From Eledone cirrhosa (lineage: Eukaryota): 64,000 bases of DNA. The notes beneath the pieces were generated by a model, which did no database searches, had not been told where the DNA came from, and worked only from the letters and a program-made list of their open reading frames with translations. Of this stretch, positions 38,201-50,830 are shown piece after piece (positions within the stretch are counted from its first letter, which is position 1; each line of letters begins with the position of its first letter). Location: assembly GCA_964016885.1 (NCBI GenBank), contig OZ024741.1, positions 410,936,001 to 411,000,000 of the forward strand, read 5' to 3'. The position numbers were made by a program, and so were the translations under genes.

Positions 38201-40269
38201 TGTCTCGACAGCTAACAACTGATGCAGGTAGTTTGTTCCATGGAGGTTTTAAAGGATGCAGTGTCTCGACAGCTAACAACTGATGCAGGTAGTTTGTTCC
38301 ATGGAGGTTTTAAAGGATGCAGTGTCTCGACAGCTAACAACTGATGCATTTAGTTTGTTCCATGGAGGTTTTAAAGGATGCAGTGTCTCGACAGCTAACA
38401 ACTGATGCAGGTAGTTTGTTCCATGGAGGTTTTAAAGGATGCAGTGTCTCGACAGCAAACAACTGATGCAGGTAGTTTGTTCCATGGAGGTTTTAAAGGA
38501 TGCAGTGTCTCGACAGCTAACAACTGATGCATTTAGTTTGTTCCATGGAGGTTTTAAAGGATGCAGTGTCTCGACAGCTAACAACTGATGCAGGTAGTTT
38601 GTTCCATGGAGGTTTTAAAGGATGCAGTGTCTCGACAGCTAACAACTGATGCAGGTAGTTTGTTCCATGGAGGTTTTAAAGGATGCAGTGTCTCGACAGC
38701 TAACAACTGATGCAGGTAGTTTGTTCCATGGAGGTTTTAAAGGATGCAGTGTCTCGACAGCTAACAACTGATGCAGTTAGTTTGTTCCATGGAGGTTTTA
38801 AAGGATGCAGTGTCTCGACAGCTAACAACTGATGCACGTAGTTTGCTCCATGGAGGTTTTAAAGGATGCAGTGTCTCGACAGCTAACAACTGATGCAGGT
38901 AGTTTGTTCCATGGTGGTTTTAAAGGATGCAGTGTCTTGACAGCTAATAACTGATGCAGGTAGTTTGTTCCATGGAGGTTTTAAAGGATGCAGTGTCTCG
39001 ACAGCTAACAACTGACGCAGGTAGTTTGTTCCATGGATGTTTTAAAGGATGCAGTGTCTCGACAGCTAACAACTGATGCAGGTAGTTTGTTCCATGGAGG
39101 TTTTAAAGGATGCAGTGTCTTGACAGCTAATAACTGATGCAGGTAGTTTGTTCCATGGAGGTTTTAAGGGATGCAGTGTCTTGACAGCTAATAACTGATG
39201 CAGATAGTTTGTTCCATGGAGGTTTTAAAGAATGCAGTGTCTCGACAGCTAACAACTGATGCAGGTGGTTTGTTCCATGGAGGTTTTAAAGGAGGCAGTG
39301 TCTCGGTAGCTAATAACTAATGCAGGTAGCTTGTTCCATGGAGGTTTTAAAGGAGGCAGTGTCTCGGCAGCTAACAACTGATGGAGGTAGTTTGTTCCAT
39401 GGAGGTTTTAAAGGATGCAGTGTCTCGACAGCTAACAACTGATGCAGGGTGTTTGTTCCATGGAGGTTTTAAAGGATGCAGTGTCTTGGCAGCTAACAAC
39501 TGATGCAGGTAGTTTGTTCCATGGAGGTTTTAAAGTAAGCAGTGTCTCGACAGCTAACAACTGATGCAGGTAGTTTGTTCCATGGAGGTTTTAAAGGATG
39601 CAGTGTCTTGACAGCTAATAACTGATGCAGGTAGTTTGTTCCATGGAGGTTTTAAGGGATGCAGTGTCTTGACAGCTAATAACTGATGCAGGTAGTTTGT
39701 TCCATGGAGGTTTTAAAGGATGCAGTGTCTCGACAGCTAACAACTGATGCAGGTAGTTTGTTCCATGGAGGTTTTAAAGGATGCAGTGTCTCGGCAGCTA
39801 ACAACTGATGCAGGTAGTTTGTTCCATGGAGGTTTTAAAGGATGCAGTGTCTCGACAGCTAACAACTGATGCAGGTAGTTTGTTCCATGGAGGTTTTAAA
39901 GGAGGCAGTGTCTCGGCAGCTAACAACTGATGCAGGTAGTTTGTTCCATGGAGGTTTTAAAGGATGCAGTGTCTCGGCAGCTAACAACTGATGCAGGTAG
40001 TTTGCTCCATAGAGGTTTTAAAGGAGGCAGTGTCTCGGCAGCTAACAACTGATGCAGGTAGTTTGTTCCATGGAGGTTTTAAAGGATGCAGTGTCTTGAC
40101 AGCTAACAACTGATGCAGGTAGTTTGTTCCATGGAGGTTTTAAAGGATGCAGTGCCTTGACAGCTAATAACTGATGCAGGTTGTTTGTTCCATGGAGGTT
40201 TTAAGGGATGCAGTGTCTTGACAGCTAATAACTGATGCAGGTAGTTTGTTCCATCGAGGTTTTAAAGGA

Positions 40270-43200
40270 TGCAGTGTCTCGACAGCTAACAACTGATGCA
40301 GGTAGTTTGTTCGATGGAGGTTTAAAAAGATGCCGTGTCTCGACAGCTAACAACTGATGCAGGTAGTTTGTTCCATGGAGGTTTTAAAAGATGTAGTGTC
40401 TCGACAGCTAACAACTGACGCAGGTAGTTTGTTCCATGGAGGTTTTAAAGTATGCAGTGTCTCGACAGCTAACAACTGATGCAGGTAGTTTGTTCCATGG
40501 AGGTTTTAAAGGATGCAGTGTCTCGGCAGCTAACAACTGATGCAGGTGGTTTGTTCCATGGAGGTTTTAAAGGATGCAGTGTCTCGACAGCTAACAACTG
40601 ATGCAGGTAGTTTGTTCCATGGAGGTTTTAAAGGAGGCAGTGTCTCGGCAGCTAACAACTGATGCAGGTAGTTTGTTCCATGGAGGTTTTAAAGGATGCA
40701 GTGTCTCGACAGCTAACAACTGATGCAGGTAGTTTGTTCCATGGAGGTTTTAAAGGATGCAGTGTCTCGACAGCTAACAACTGATGCAGTTAGTTTGATC
40801 CATGGAGGTTTTAAAGGCTGCAGTGTCTCGACAGCTAACAACTGATGCACGTAGTTTGCTCCATGGAGGTTTTAAAGGATGCAGTGTCTCGACAGCTAAC
40901 AACTGATGCAGGTAGTTTGTTCCATGGTGGTTTTAAAGGATGCAGTGTCTTGACAGCTAATAACTGATGCAGGTAGTTTGTTCCATGGAGGTTTTAAAGG
41001 ATGCAGTGTCTCGACAGCTAACAACTGATGCAGGTAGTTTGTTCCATGGAGGTTTTAAAGGATGCAGTGTCTCGACAGCTAACAACTGATGCAGTTAGTT
41101 TGTTCCATGGAGGTTTTAAAGGATGCAGTGTCTCGACAGCTAACAACTGATGCAGGTAGTTTGTTCCATGGAGGTTTTAAAGGATGCAGTGTCTCGACAG
41201 CTAACAACTGATGCAGGTAGTTTGTCCCATGGTGGTTTTAAAGGATGCAGTGTCTTGACAGCTAATAACTGATGCAGGTAGTTTGTTCCATGGAGGTTTT
41301 AAAGGATGCAGTGTCTCGACATCTAACAACTGATGCAGGTAGTTTGTTCCATGGAGGTTTTAAAGGATGCAGTGTCTCGACAGCTAACAACTGATGCAGT
41401 TAGTTTGTTCCATGGAGGTTTTAAAGGATGCAGTGTCTCGACAGCTAACAACTGATGCAGGTAGTTTGTTCCATGGAGGTTTTAAAGGATGCAGTGTTTC
41501 GACACCTAACAACTGATGCAGGTAGTTTGTTCCATGGAGGTTTTAAAGGATGCAGTGTCTCGACAGCTAATAACTGATGCAGGTAGTTTGTTCCATGGAG
41601 GTTTTAAAGGATGCAGTGTCTCGACAGCTAACAACTGATGCAGGTAGTTTGTTCCATGGAGGTTTTAAAGGATGCAGTGTCTCGACAGCTAACAACTGAT
41701 GCATTTAGTTTGTTCCATGGAGGTTTTAAAGGATGCAGTGTCTCGACAGCTAACAACTGATGCAGGTAGTTTGTTCCATGGAGGTTTTAAAGGATGCAGT
41801 GTCTCGACAGCTAACAACTGATGCAGGTAGTTTGTTCCATGGAGGTTTTAAAGGATGCAGTGTCTCGACAGCTAACAACTGATGCAGTTAGTTTGTTCCA
41901 TGGAGGTTTTAAAGGATGCAGTGTCTCGACAGCTAACAACTGATGCAGGTAGTTTGCTCCATGGAGGTTTTAAAGGATGCAGTGTCTCGACAGCTAATAA
42001 CTGATGCAGGTAGTTTGTTCCATGGAGGTTTTAAAGGATGCAGTGTCTCGACAGCTAACAACTGATGCAGGTAGTTTGTTCCATGGAGGTTTTAAAGGAT
42101 GCAGTGTTTCGACAGTTAACAACTGATGCAGGTAGTTTGTTCCATGGAGGTTTTAAAGGATGCAGTGTCTTGACAGCTAATAACTGATGCAGGTAGTTTG
42201 TTCCATGGTGGTTTTAAAGGATGCAGTGTCTCGACAGCTAACAACTGATGCAGGTAGTTTGTTCCATGGAGGTTTTAAAGGATGCAGTGTCTCGACAGCT
42301 AACAACTGATGCATTTAGTTTGTTCCATGGAGGTTTTAAAGGATGCAGTGTCTCGACAGCTAACAACTGATGCAGGTAGTTTGTTCCATGGAGGTTTTAA
42401 AGGATGCAGTGTCTTGACAGCTATCAACTGATGCAGGTAGTTTGTTCCATGGAGGTTTTAAAGGATGCAGTGTCTCGACAGCTAACAACTGATGCAGGTA
42501 GTTTGTTTCATGGAGGTTTTAAAGGATGCAGTGTCTCGACAGCTAACAACTGATGCAGGTAGTTTGTTCCATGGAGGTTTTAAAGGATGCAGTGTCTCGA
42601 CAGCTAACAACTGATGCAGGTAGTTTGTTCCATGGAGGTTTTAAAGGATGCAGTGTCTTGACAGCTATCAACTGATGCAGGTAGTTTGTTCCATGGAGGT
42701 TTTAAAGGATGCAGTGTCTCGACAGCTAACAACTGATGCAGGTAGTTTGTTCCATGGAGGTTTTAAAGGATGCAGTGTCTCGACAGCTAACAACTGATGC
42801 AGGTAGTTTGTTCCATGGAGGTTTTAAAGGATGCAGTGTCTCGACAGCTAACAACTGATGCAGGTAGTTTGTTCCATGGAGGTTTTAAAGGATGCAGTGT
42901 CTTGACAGCTATCAACTGATGCAGGTAGTTTGTTCCATGGAGGTTTTAAAGGATGCAGTGTCTCGACAGCTAACAACTGATGCAGGTAGTTTGTTCCATG
43001 GAGGTTTTAAAGGATGCAGTGTCTTGACAGCTATCAACTGATGCAGGTAGTTTGTTCCATGGAGGTTTTAAAGGATGCAGTGTCTCGACAGCTAACAACT
43101 GATGCAGGTAGTTTGTTCCATGGAGGTTTTAAAGGATGCAGTGTCTCGACAGCTAACAACTGATGCATTTAGTTTGTTCCATGGAGGTTTTAAAGGATGC

Positions 43201-46200
43201 AGTGTCTCGACAGCTAACAACTGATGCAGGTAGTTTGTTCCATGGAGGTTTTAAAGGATGCAGTGTCTTGACAGCTATCAACTGATGCAGGTAGTTTGTT
43301 CCATGGAGGTTTTAAAGGATGCAGTGTCTCGACAGCTAACAACTGATGCAGGTAGTTTGTTCCATGGAGGTTTTAAAGGATGCAGTGTCTTGACAGCTAT
43401 CAACTGATGCAGGTAGTTTGTTCCATGGAGGTTTTAAAGGATGCAGTGTCTCGACAGCTAACAACTGATGCAGGTAGTTTGTTCCATGGAGGTTTTAAAG
43501 GATGCAGTGTCTCGACAGCTAACAACTGATGCATTTAGTTTGTTCCATGGAGGTTTTAAAGGATGCAGTGTCTCGACAGCTAACAACTGATGCAGGTAGT
43601 TTGTTCCATGGAGGTTTTAAAGGATGCAGTGTCTTGACAGCTATCAACTGATGCAGGTAGTTTGTTCCATGGAGGTTTTAAAGGATGTAGTGTCTCGACA
43701 GCTAACAACTGATGCAGGTAGTTTGTTCCATGGAGGTTTTAAAGGATGCAGTGTCTCGACAGCTAACAACTGATGCAGGTAGTTTGTTCCATGGAGGTTT
43801 TAAAGGATGCAGTGTCTCGACAGCTAACAACTGATGCAGGTAGTTTGTTCCATGGAGGTTTTAAAGGATGCAGTGTCTTGACAGCTATCAACTGATGCAG
43901 GTAGTTTGTTCCATGGAGGTTTTAAAGGATGTAGTGTCTCGACAGCTAACAACTGATGCAGGTAGTTTGTTCCATGGAGGTTTTAAAGGATGCAGTGTCT
44001 CGACAGCTAACAACTGATGCAGGTAGTTTGTTCCATGGAGGTTTTAAAGGATGCAGTGTCTCGACAGCTAACAACTGATGCAGGTAGTTTGTTCCAAGGA
44101 GGTTTTAAAGGATGCAGTGTCTCGACAGCTAACAACTGATGCAGGTAGTTTGTTCCATGGAGGTTTTAAAGGAGGCAGTGTCTCGGCAGCTAACAACTGA
44201 TGCAGGTAGTTTGTTCCATGGAGGTTTTAAAGGATGCAGTGTCTCGGCAACTAACAACTGATGCAGGTAGTTTCTTCCATGGAGGTTTTAAAGGATGCAG
44301 TGTCTCGACAGCTAATAACTGATGCAGGTAGTTTGTTCCATGGAGGTTTTAAAGGATGCAGTGTCTCGACAGCTAACAACTGATGCAGGTAGTTTGTTCC
44401 ATGGAGGTTTTAAAGGATGCAGTGTCTCGACAGCTAACAACTGATGCAGGTAGTTTGTTCCATGGAGGTTTTAAAGGATGCAGTGTCTCGACAGCTAACA
44501 ACTGATGCAGGTAGTTTGTTCCATGGAGGTTTTAAAGGATGCAGTGTCTCGACAGCTAACAACTGATGCAGGTAGTTTGTTCCATGGAGGTTTTAAAGGA
44601 TGCAGTGTCTCGACAGCTAACAACTGATGCAGTTAGTTTGTTCCATGGAGGTTTTAAAGGATGCAGTGTCTCGACAGCTAACAACTGATGCACGTAGTTT
44701 GCTCCATGGAGGTTTTAAAGGATGCAGTGTCTCGACAGCTAACAACTAATGCAGGTAGTTTGTTCCATGGTGGTTTTAAAGGATGCAGTGTCTTGACAGC
44801 TAATAACTGATGCAGGTAGTTTGTTCCATGGTGGTTTTATAGGATGCAGTGTCTCGACAGCTAACAACTGATGCAGGTAGTTTGTTCCATGGAGGTTTTA
44901 AAGGATGCAGTGTCTCGACAGCTAACAACTGATGCAGGTAGTTTGTTCGATGGAGGTTTAAAAAGATGCCGTGTCTCGACAGCTAACAACTGATGCAGGT
45001 AGTTTCTTCCATGGAGGTTTTAAAAGGTGTAGTGTCTCGACAGCTAACAACTGACGCAGGTAGTTTGTTCCATGGAGGTTTTAAAGTATGCAGTGTCTCG
45101 ACAGCTAACAACTGATGCAGGTAGTTTGTTCCATGGAGGTTTTAAAGGATGCAGTGTCTCGGCAGCTAACAACTGATGCAGGTAGTTTGTTCCATGGAGG
45201 TTTTAAAGGATGCAGTGTCTCGACAGCTAACAACTGATGCAGGTAGTTTGTTCCATGGAGGTTTTAAAGGAGGCAGTGTCTCGGCAGCTAACAACTGATG
45301 CAGGTAGTTTGTTCCATGGAGGTTTTAAAGGATGCAGTGTCTCGACAGCTAACAACTGATGCAGGTAGTTTGTTCCATGGAGGTTTTAAAGGATGCAGTG
45401 TCTCGACAGCTAACAACTGATGCAGTTAGTTTGATCCATGGAGGTTTTAAAGGATGCAGTGTCTCGACAGCTAACAACTGATGCACGTAGTTTGCTCCAT
45501 GGAGGTTTTAAAGGATGCAGTGTCTCGACAGCTAACAACTGATGCAGGTAGTTTGTTCCATGGTGGTTTTAAAGGATGCAGTGTCTTGACAGCTAATAAC
45601 TGATGCAGGTAGTTTGTTCCATGGAGGTTTTAAAGGATGCAGTGTCTCGACAGCTAACAACTGATGCAGGTAGTTTGTTCCATGGAGGTTTTAAAGGATG
45701 CAGTGTCTCGACAGCTAACAACTGATGCAGTTAGTTTGTTCCATGGAGGTTTTAAAGGATGCAGTGTCTCGACAGCTAACAACTGATGCAGGTAGTTTGT
45801 TCCATGGAGGTTTTAAAGGATGCAGTGTCTCGACAGCTAACAACTGATGCAGTTAGTTTGTTCCATGGAGGTTTTAAAGGATGCAGTGTCTCGACAGCTA
45901 ACAACTGATGCAGGTAGTTTGTTCCATGGAGGTTTTAAAGGATGCAGTGTCTCGACATCTAACAACTGATGCAGGTAGTTTGTTCCATGGAGGTTTTAAA
46001 GGATGCAGTGTCTCGACAGCTAACAACTGATGCAGTTAGTTTGTTCCATGGAGGTTTTAAAGGATGCAGTGTCTCGACAGCTAACAACTGATGCAGGTAG
46101 TTTGTTCCATGGAGGTTTTAAAGGATGCAGTGTTTCGACACCTAACAACTGATGCAGGTAGTTTGTTCCATGGAGGTTTTAAAGGATGCAGTGTCTCGAC

Positions 46201-49200
46201 AGCTAATAACTGATGCAGGTAGTTTGTTCCATGGAGGTTTTAAAGGATGCAGTGTCTCGACAGCTAACAACTGATGCAGGTAGTTTGTTCCATGGAGGTT
46301 TTAAAGGATGCAGTGTCTCGACAGCTAACAACTGATGCATTTAGTTTGTTCCATGGAGGTTTTAAAGGATGCAGTGTCTCGACAGCTAACAACTGATGCA
46401 GGTAGTTTGTTCCATGGAGGTTTTAAAGGATGCAGTGTCTCGACAGCTAACAACTGATGCAGGTAGTTTGTTCCATGGAGGTTTTAAAGGATGCAGTGTC
46501 TCGACAGCTAACAACTGATGCAGTTAGTTTGTTCCATGGAGGTTTTAAAGGATGCAGTGTCTCGACAGCTAACAACTGATGCAGGTAGTTTGCTCCATGG
46601 AGGTTTTAAAGGATGCAGTGTCTCGACAGCTAATAACTGATGCAGGTAGTTTGTTCCATGGAGGTTTTAAAGGATGCAGTGTCTCGACAGCTAACAACTG
46701 ATGCAGGTAGTTTGTTCCATGGAGGTTTTAAAGGATGCAGTGTTTCGACAGTTAACAACTGATGCAGGTAGTTTGTTCCATGGAGGTTTTAAAGGATGCA
46801 GTGTCTTGACAGCTAATAACTGATGCAGGTAGTTTGTTCCATGGTGGTTTTAAAGGATGCAGTGTCTCGACAGCTAACAACTGATGCAGGTAGTTTGTTC
46901 CATGGAGGTTTTAAAGGATGCAGTGTCTCGACAGCTAACAACTGATGCATTTAGTTTGTTCCATGGAGGTTTTAAAGGATGCAGTGTCTCGACAGCTAAC
47001 AACTGATGCAGGTAGTTTGTTCCATGGAGGTTTTAAAGGATGCAGTGTCTTGACAGCTATCAACTGATGCAGGTAGTTTGTTCCATGGAGGTTTTAAAGG
47101 ATGTAGTGTCTCGACAGCTAACAACTGATGCAGGTAGTTTGTTTCATGGAGGTTTTAAAGGATGCAGTGTCTCGACAGCTAACAACTGATGCAGGTAGTT
47201 TGTTCCATGGAGGTTTTAAAGGATGCAGTGTCTCGACAGCTAACAACTGATGCAGGTAGTTTGTTCCATGGAGGTTTTAAAGGATGCAGTGTCTTGACAG
47301 CTATCAACTGATGCAGGTAGTTTGTTCCATGGAGGTTTTAAAGGATGCAGTGTCTCGACAGCTAACAACTGATGCAGGTAGTTTGTTCCATGGAGGTTTT
47401 AAAGGATGCAGTGTCTCGACAGCTAACAACTGATGCAGGTAGTTTGTTCCATGGAGGTTTTAAAGGATGCAGTGTCTCGACAGCTAACAACTGATGCAGG
47501 TAGTTTGTTCCATGGAGGTTTTAAAGGATGCAGTGTCTTGACAGCTATCAACTGATGCAGGTAGTTTGTTCCATGGAGGTTTTAAAGGATGCAGTGTCTC
47601 GACAGCTAACAACTGATGCAGGTAGTTTGTTCCATGGAGGTTTTAAAGGATGCAGTGTCTTGACAGCTATCAACTGATGCAGGTAGTTTGTTCCATGGAG
47701 GTTTTAAAGGATGCAGTGTCTCGACAGCTAACAACTGATGCAGGTAGTTTGTTCCATGGAGGTTTTAAAGGATGCAGTGTCTCGACAGCTAACAACTGAT
47801 GCATTTAGTTTGTTCCATGGAGGTTTTAAAGGATGCAGTGTCTCGACAGCTAACAACTGATGCAGGTAGTTTGTTCCATGGAGGTTTTAAAGGATGCAGT
47901 GTCTTGACAGCTATCAACTGATGCAGGTAGTTTGTTCCATGGAGGTTTTAAAGGATGCAGTGTCTCGACAGCTAACAACTGATGCAGGTAGTTTGTTCCA
48001 TGGAGGTTTTAAAGGATGCAGTGTCTTGACAGCTATCAACTGATGCAGGTAGTTTGTTCCATGGAGGTTTTAAAGGATGCAGTGTCTCGACAGCTAACAA
48101 CTGATGCAGGTAGTTTGTTCCATGGAGGTTTTAAAGGATGCAGTGTCTCGACAGCTAACAACTGATGCATTTAGTTTGTTCCATGGAGGTTTTAAAGGAT
48201 GCAGTGTCTCGACAGCTAACAACTGATGCAGGTAGTTTGTTCCATGGAGGTTTTAAAGGATGCAGTGTCTTGACAGCTATCAACTGATGCAGGTAGTTTG
48301 TTCCATGGAGGTTTTAAAGGATGTAGTGTCTCGACAGCTAACAACTGATGCAGGTAGTTTGTTCCATGGAGGTTTTAAAGGATGCAGTGTCTCGACAGCT
48401 AACAACTGATGCAGGTAGTTTGTTCCATGGAGGTTTTAAAGGATGCAGTGTCTCGACAGCTAACAACTGATGCAGGTAGTTTGTTCCATGGAGGTTTTAA
48501 AGGATGCAGTGTCTTGACAGCTATCAACTGATGCAGGTAGTTTGTTCCATGGAGGTTTTAAAGGATGTAGTGTCTCGACAGCTAACAACTGATGCAGGTA
48601 GTCTGTTCCATGGAGGTTTTAAAGGATGCAGTGTCTCGACAGCTAACAACTGATGCAGGTAGTTTGTTCCATGGAGGTTTTAAAGGATGCAGTGTCTCGA
48701 CAGCTAACAACTGATGCAGGTAGTTTGTTCCATGGAGGTTTTAAAGGATGCAGTGTCTCGACAGCTAACAACTGATGCAGGTAGTTTGTTCCAAGGAGGT
48801 TTTAAAGGATGCAGTGTCTCGACAGCTAACAACTGATGCAGGTAGTTTGTTCCATGGAGGTTTTAAAGGAGGCAGTGTCTCGGCAGCTAACAACTGATGC
48901 AGGTAGTTTGTTCCATGGAGGTTTTAAAGGATGCAGTGTCTCGGCAACTAACAACTGATGCAGGTAGTTTCTTCCATGGAGGTTTTAAAGGATGCAGTGT
49001 CTCGACAGCTAATAACTGATGCAGGTAGTTTGTTCCATGGAGGTTTTAAAGGATGCAGTGTCTCGACAGCTAACAACTGATGCAGGTAGTTTGTTCCATG
49101 GAGGTTTTAAAGGATGCAGTGTCTCGACAGCTAACAACTGATGCAGGTAGTTTGTTCCATGGAGGTTTTAAAGGATGCAGTGTCTCGACAGCTAACAACT

Positions 49201-49480
49201 GATGCAGGTAGTTTGTTCCATGGAGGTTTTAAAGGATGCAGTGTCTCGACAGCTAACAACTGATGCAGGTAGTTTGTTCCATGGAGGTTTTAAAGGATGC
49301 AGTGTCTCGACAGCTAACAACTGATGAAGTTAGTTTTTTCCATGGAGGTTTTAAAGGATGCAGTGTCTCGACAGCTAACAACTGATGCACGTAGTTTGCT
49401 CCATGGAGGTTTTAAAGGATGCAGTGTCTCGACAGCTAACAACTAATGCAGGTAGTTTGTTCCATGGTGGTTTTAAAGGA
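40270..49480. repeat. Tandem duplication of 76-77 monomers (about 4.6 kb)
   Basis: GATGCCGTG monomers start at 40321 and 44957, and GTTTCATGG occurs at 42505 and 47141 (4636 = 76x61). CCAAGG occurs at 44094 and 48791 (4697 = 77x61). Confidence 0.87.
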
Positions 49481-50830
49481 TGTAGTGTCTCGACAGCTAA
49501 CAACTGATGCAGGTAGTTTGTTCCATGGAGGTTTTAAAGGATGCAGTGTCTCGACAGCTAACAACTGATGCAGGTAGTTTGTTCCATGGAGGTTTTAAAG
49601 GATGCAGTGTCTCGACAGCTAACAACTGATGCAGGTAGTTTGTTCCATGGAGGTTTTAAAGGATGCAGTGTCTCGACAGCTAACAACTGATGCAGGTAGT
49701 TTGTTCCATGGAGGTTTTAAAGGATGCAGTGTCTCGACAGCTAACAACTGATGCAGGTAGTTTGTTCCATGGAGGTTTTAAAGGATGCAGTGTCTCGACA
49801 GCTAACAACTGATGCAGGTAGTTTGTTCCATGGAGGTTTTAAAGGATGCAGTGTCTTGACAGCTATCAACTGATGCAGGTAGTTTGTTCCATGGAGGTTT
49901 TAAAGGATGTAGTGTCTCGACAGCTAACAACTGATGCAGGTAGTCTGTTCCATGGAGGTTTTAAAGGATGCAGTGTCTCGACAGCTAACAACTGATGCAG
50001 GTAGTTTGTTCCATGGAGGTTTTAAAGGATGCAGTGTCTCGACAGCTAACAACTGATGCAGGTAGTTTGTTCCATGGAGGTTTTAAAGGATGCAGTGTCT
50101 CGACAGCTAACAACTGATGCAGGTAGTTTGTTCCAAGGAGGTTTTAAAGGATGCAGTGTCTCGACAGCTAACAACTGATGCAGGTAGTTTGTTCCATGGA
50201 GGTTTTAAAGGAGGCAGTGTCTCGGCAGCTAACAACTGATGCAGGTAGTTTGTTCCATGGAGGTTTTAAAGGATGCAGTGTCTCGGCAACTAACAACTGA
50301 TGCAGGTAGTTTCTTCCATGGAGGTTTTAAAGGATGCAGTGTCTCGACAGCTAATAACTGATGCAGGTAGTTTGTTCCATGGAGGTTTTAAAGGATGCAG
50401 TGTCTCGACAGCTAACAACTGATGCAGGTAGTTTGTTCCATGGAGGTTTTAAAGGATGCAGTGTCTCGACAGCTAACAACTGATGCAGGTAGTTTGTTCC
50501 ATGGAGGTTTTAAAGGATGCAGTGTCTCGACAGCTAACAACTGATGCAGGTAGTTTGTTCCATGGAGGTTTTAAAGGATGCAGTGTCTCGACAGCTAACA
50601 ACTGATGCAGGTAGTTTGTTCCATGGAGGTTTTAAAGGATGCAGTGTCTCGACAGCTAACAACTGATGCAGTTAGTTTTTTCCATGGAGGTTTTAAAGGA
50701 TGCAGTGTCTCGACAGCTAATAACTGATGCACGTAGTTTGCTCCATGGAGGTTTTAAAGGATGCAGTGTCTCGACAGCTAACAACTAATGCAGGTAGTTT
50801 GTTCCATGGTGGTTTTAAAGGATGCAGTGT
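48490..50830. repeat. Block duplication with a 22-monomer offset
   Basis: GTCTGTT occurs at 48601 and 49943, and CCAAGG at 48791 and 50133. Both offsets are 1342 = 22x61. Confidence 0.82.
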
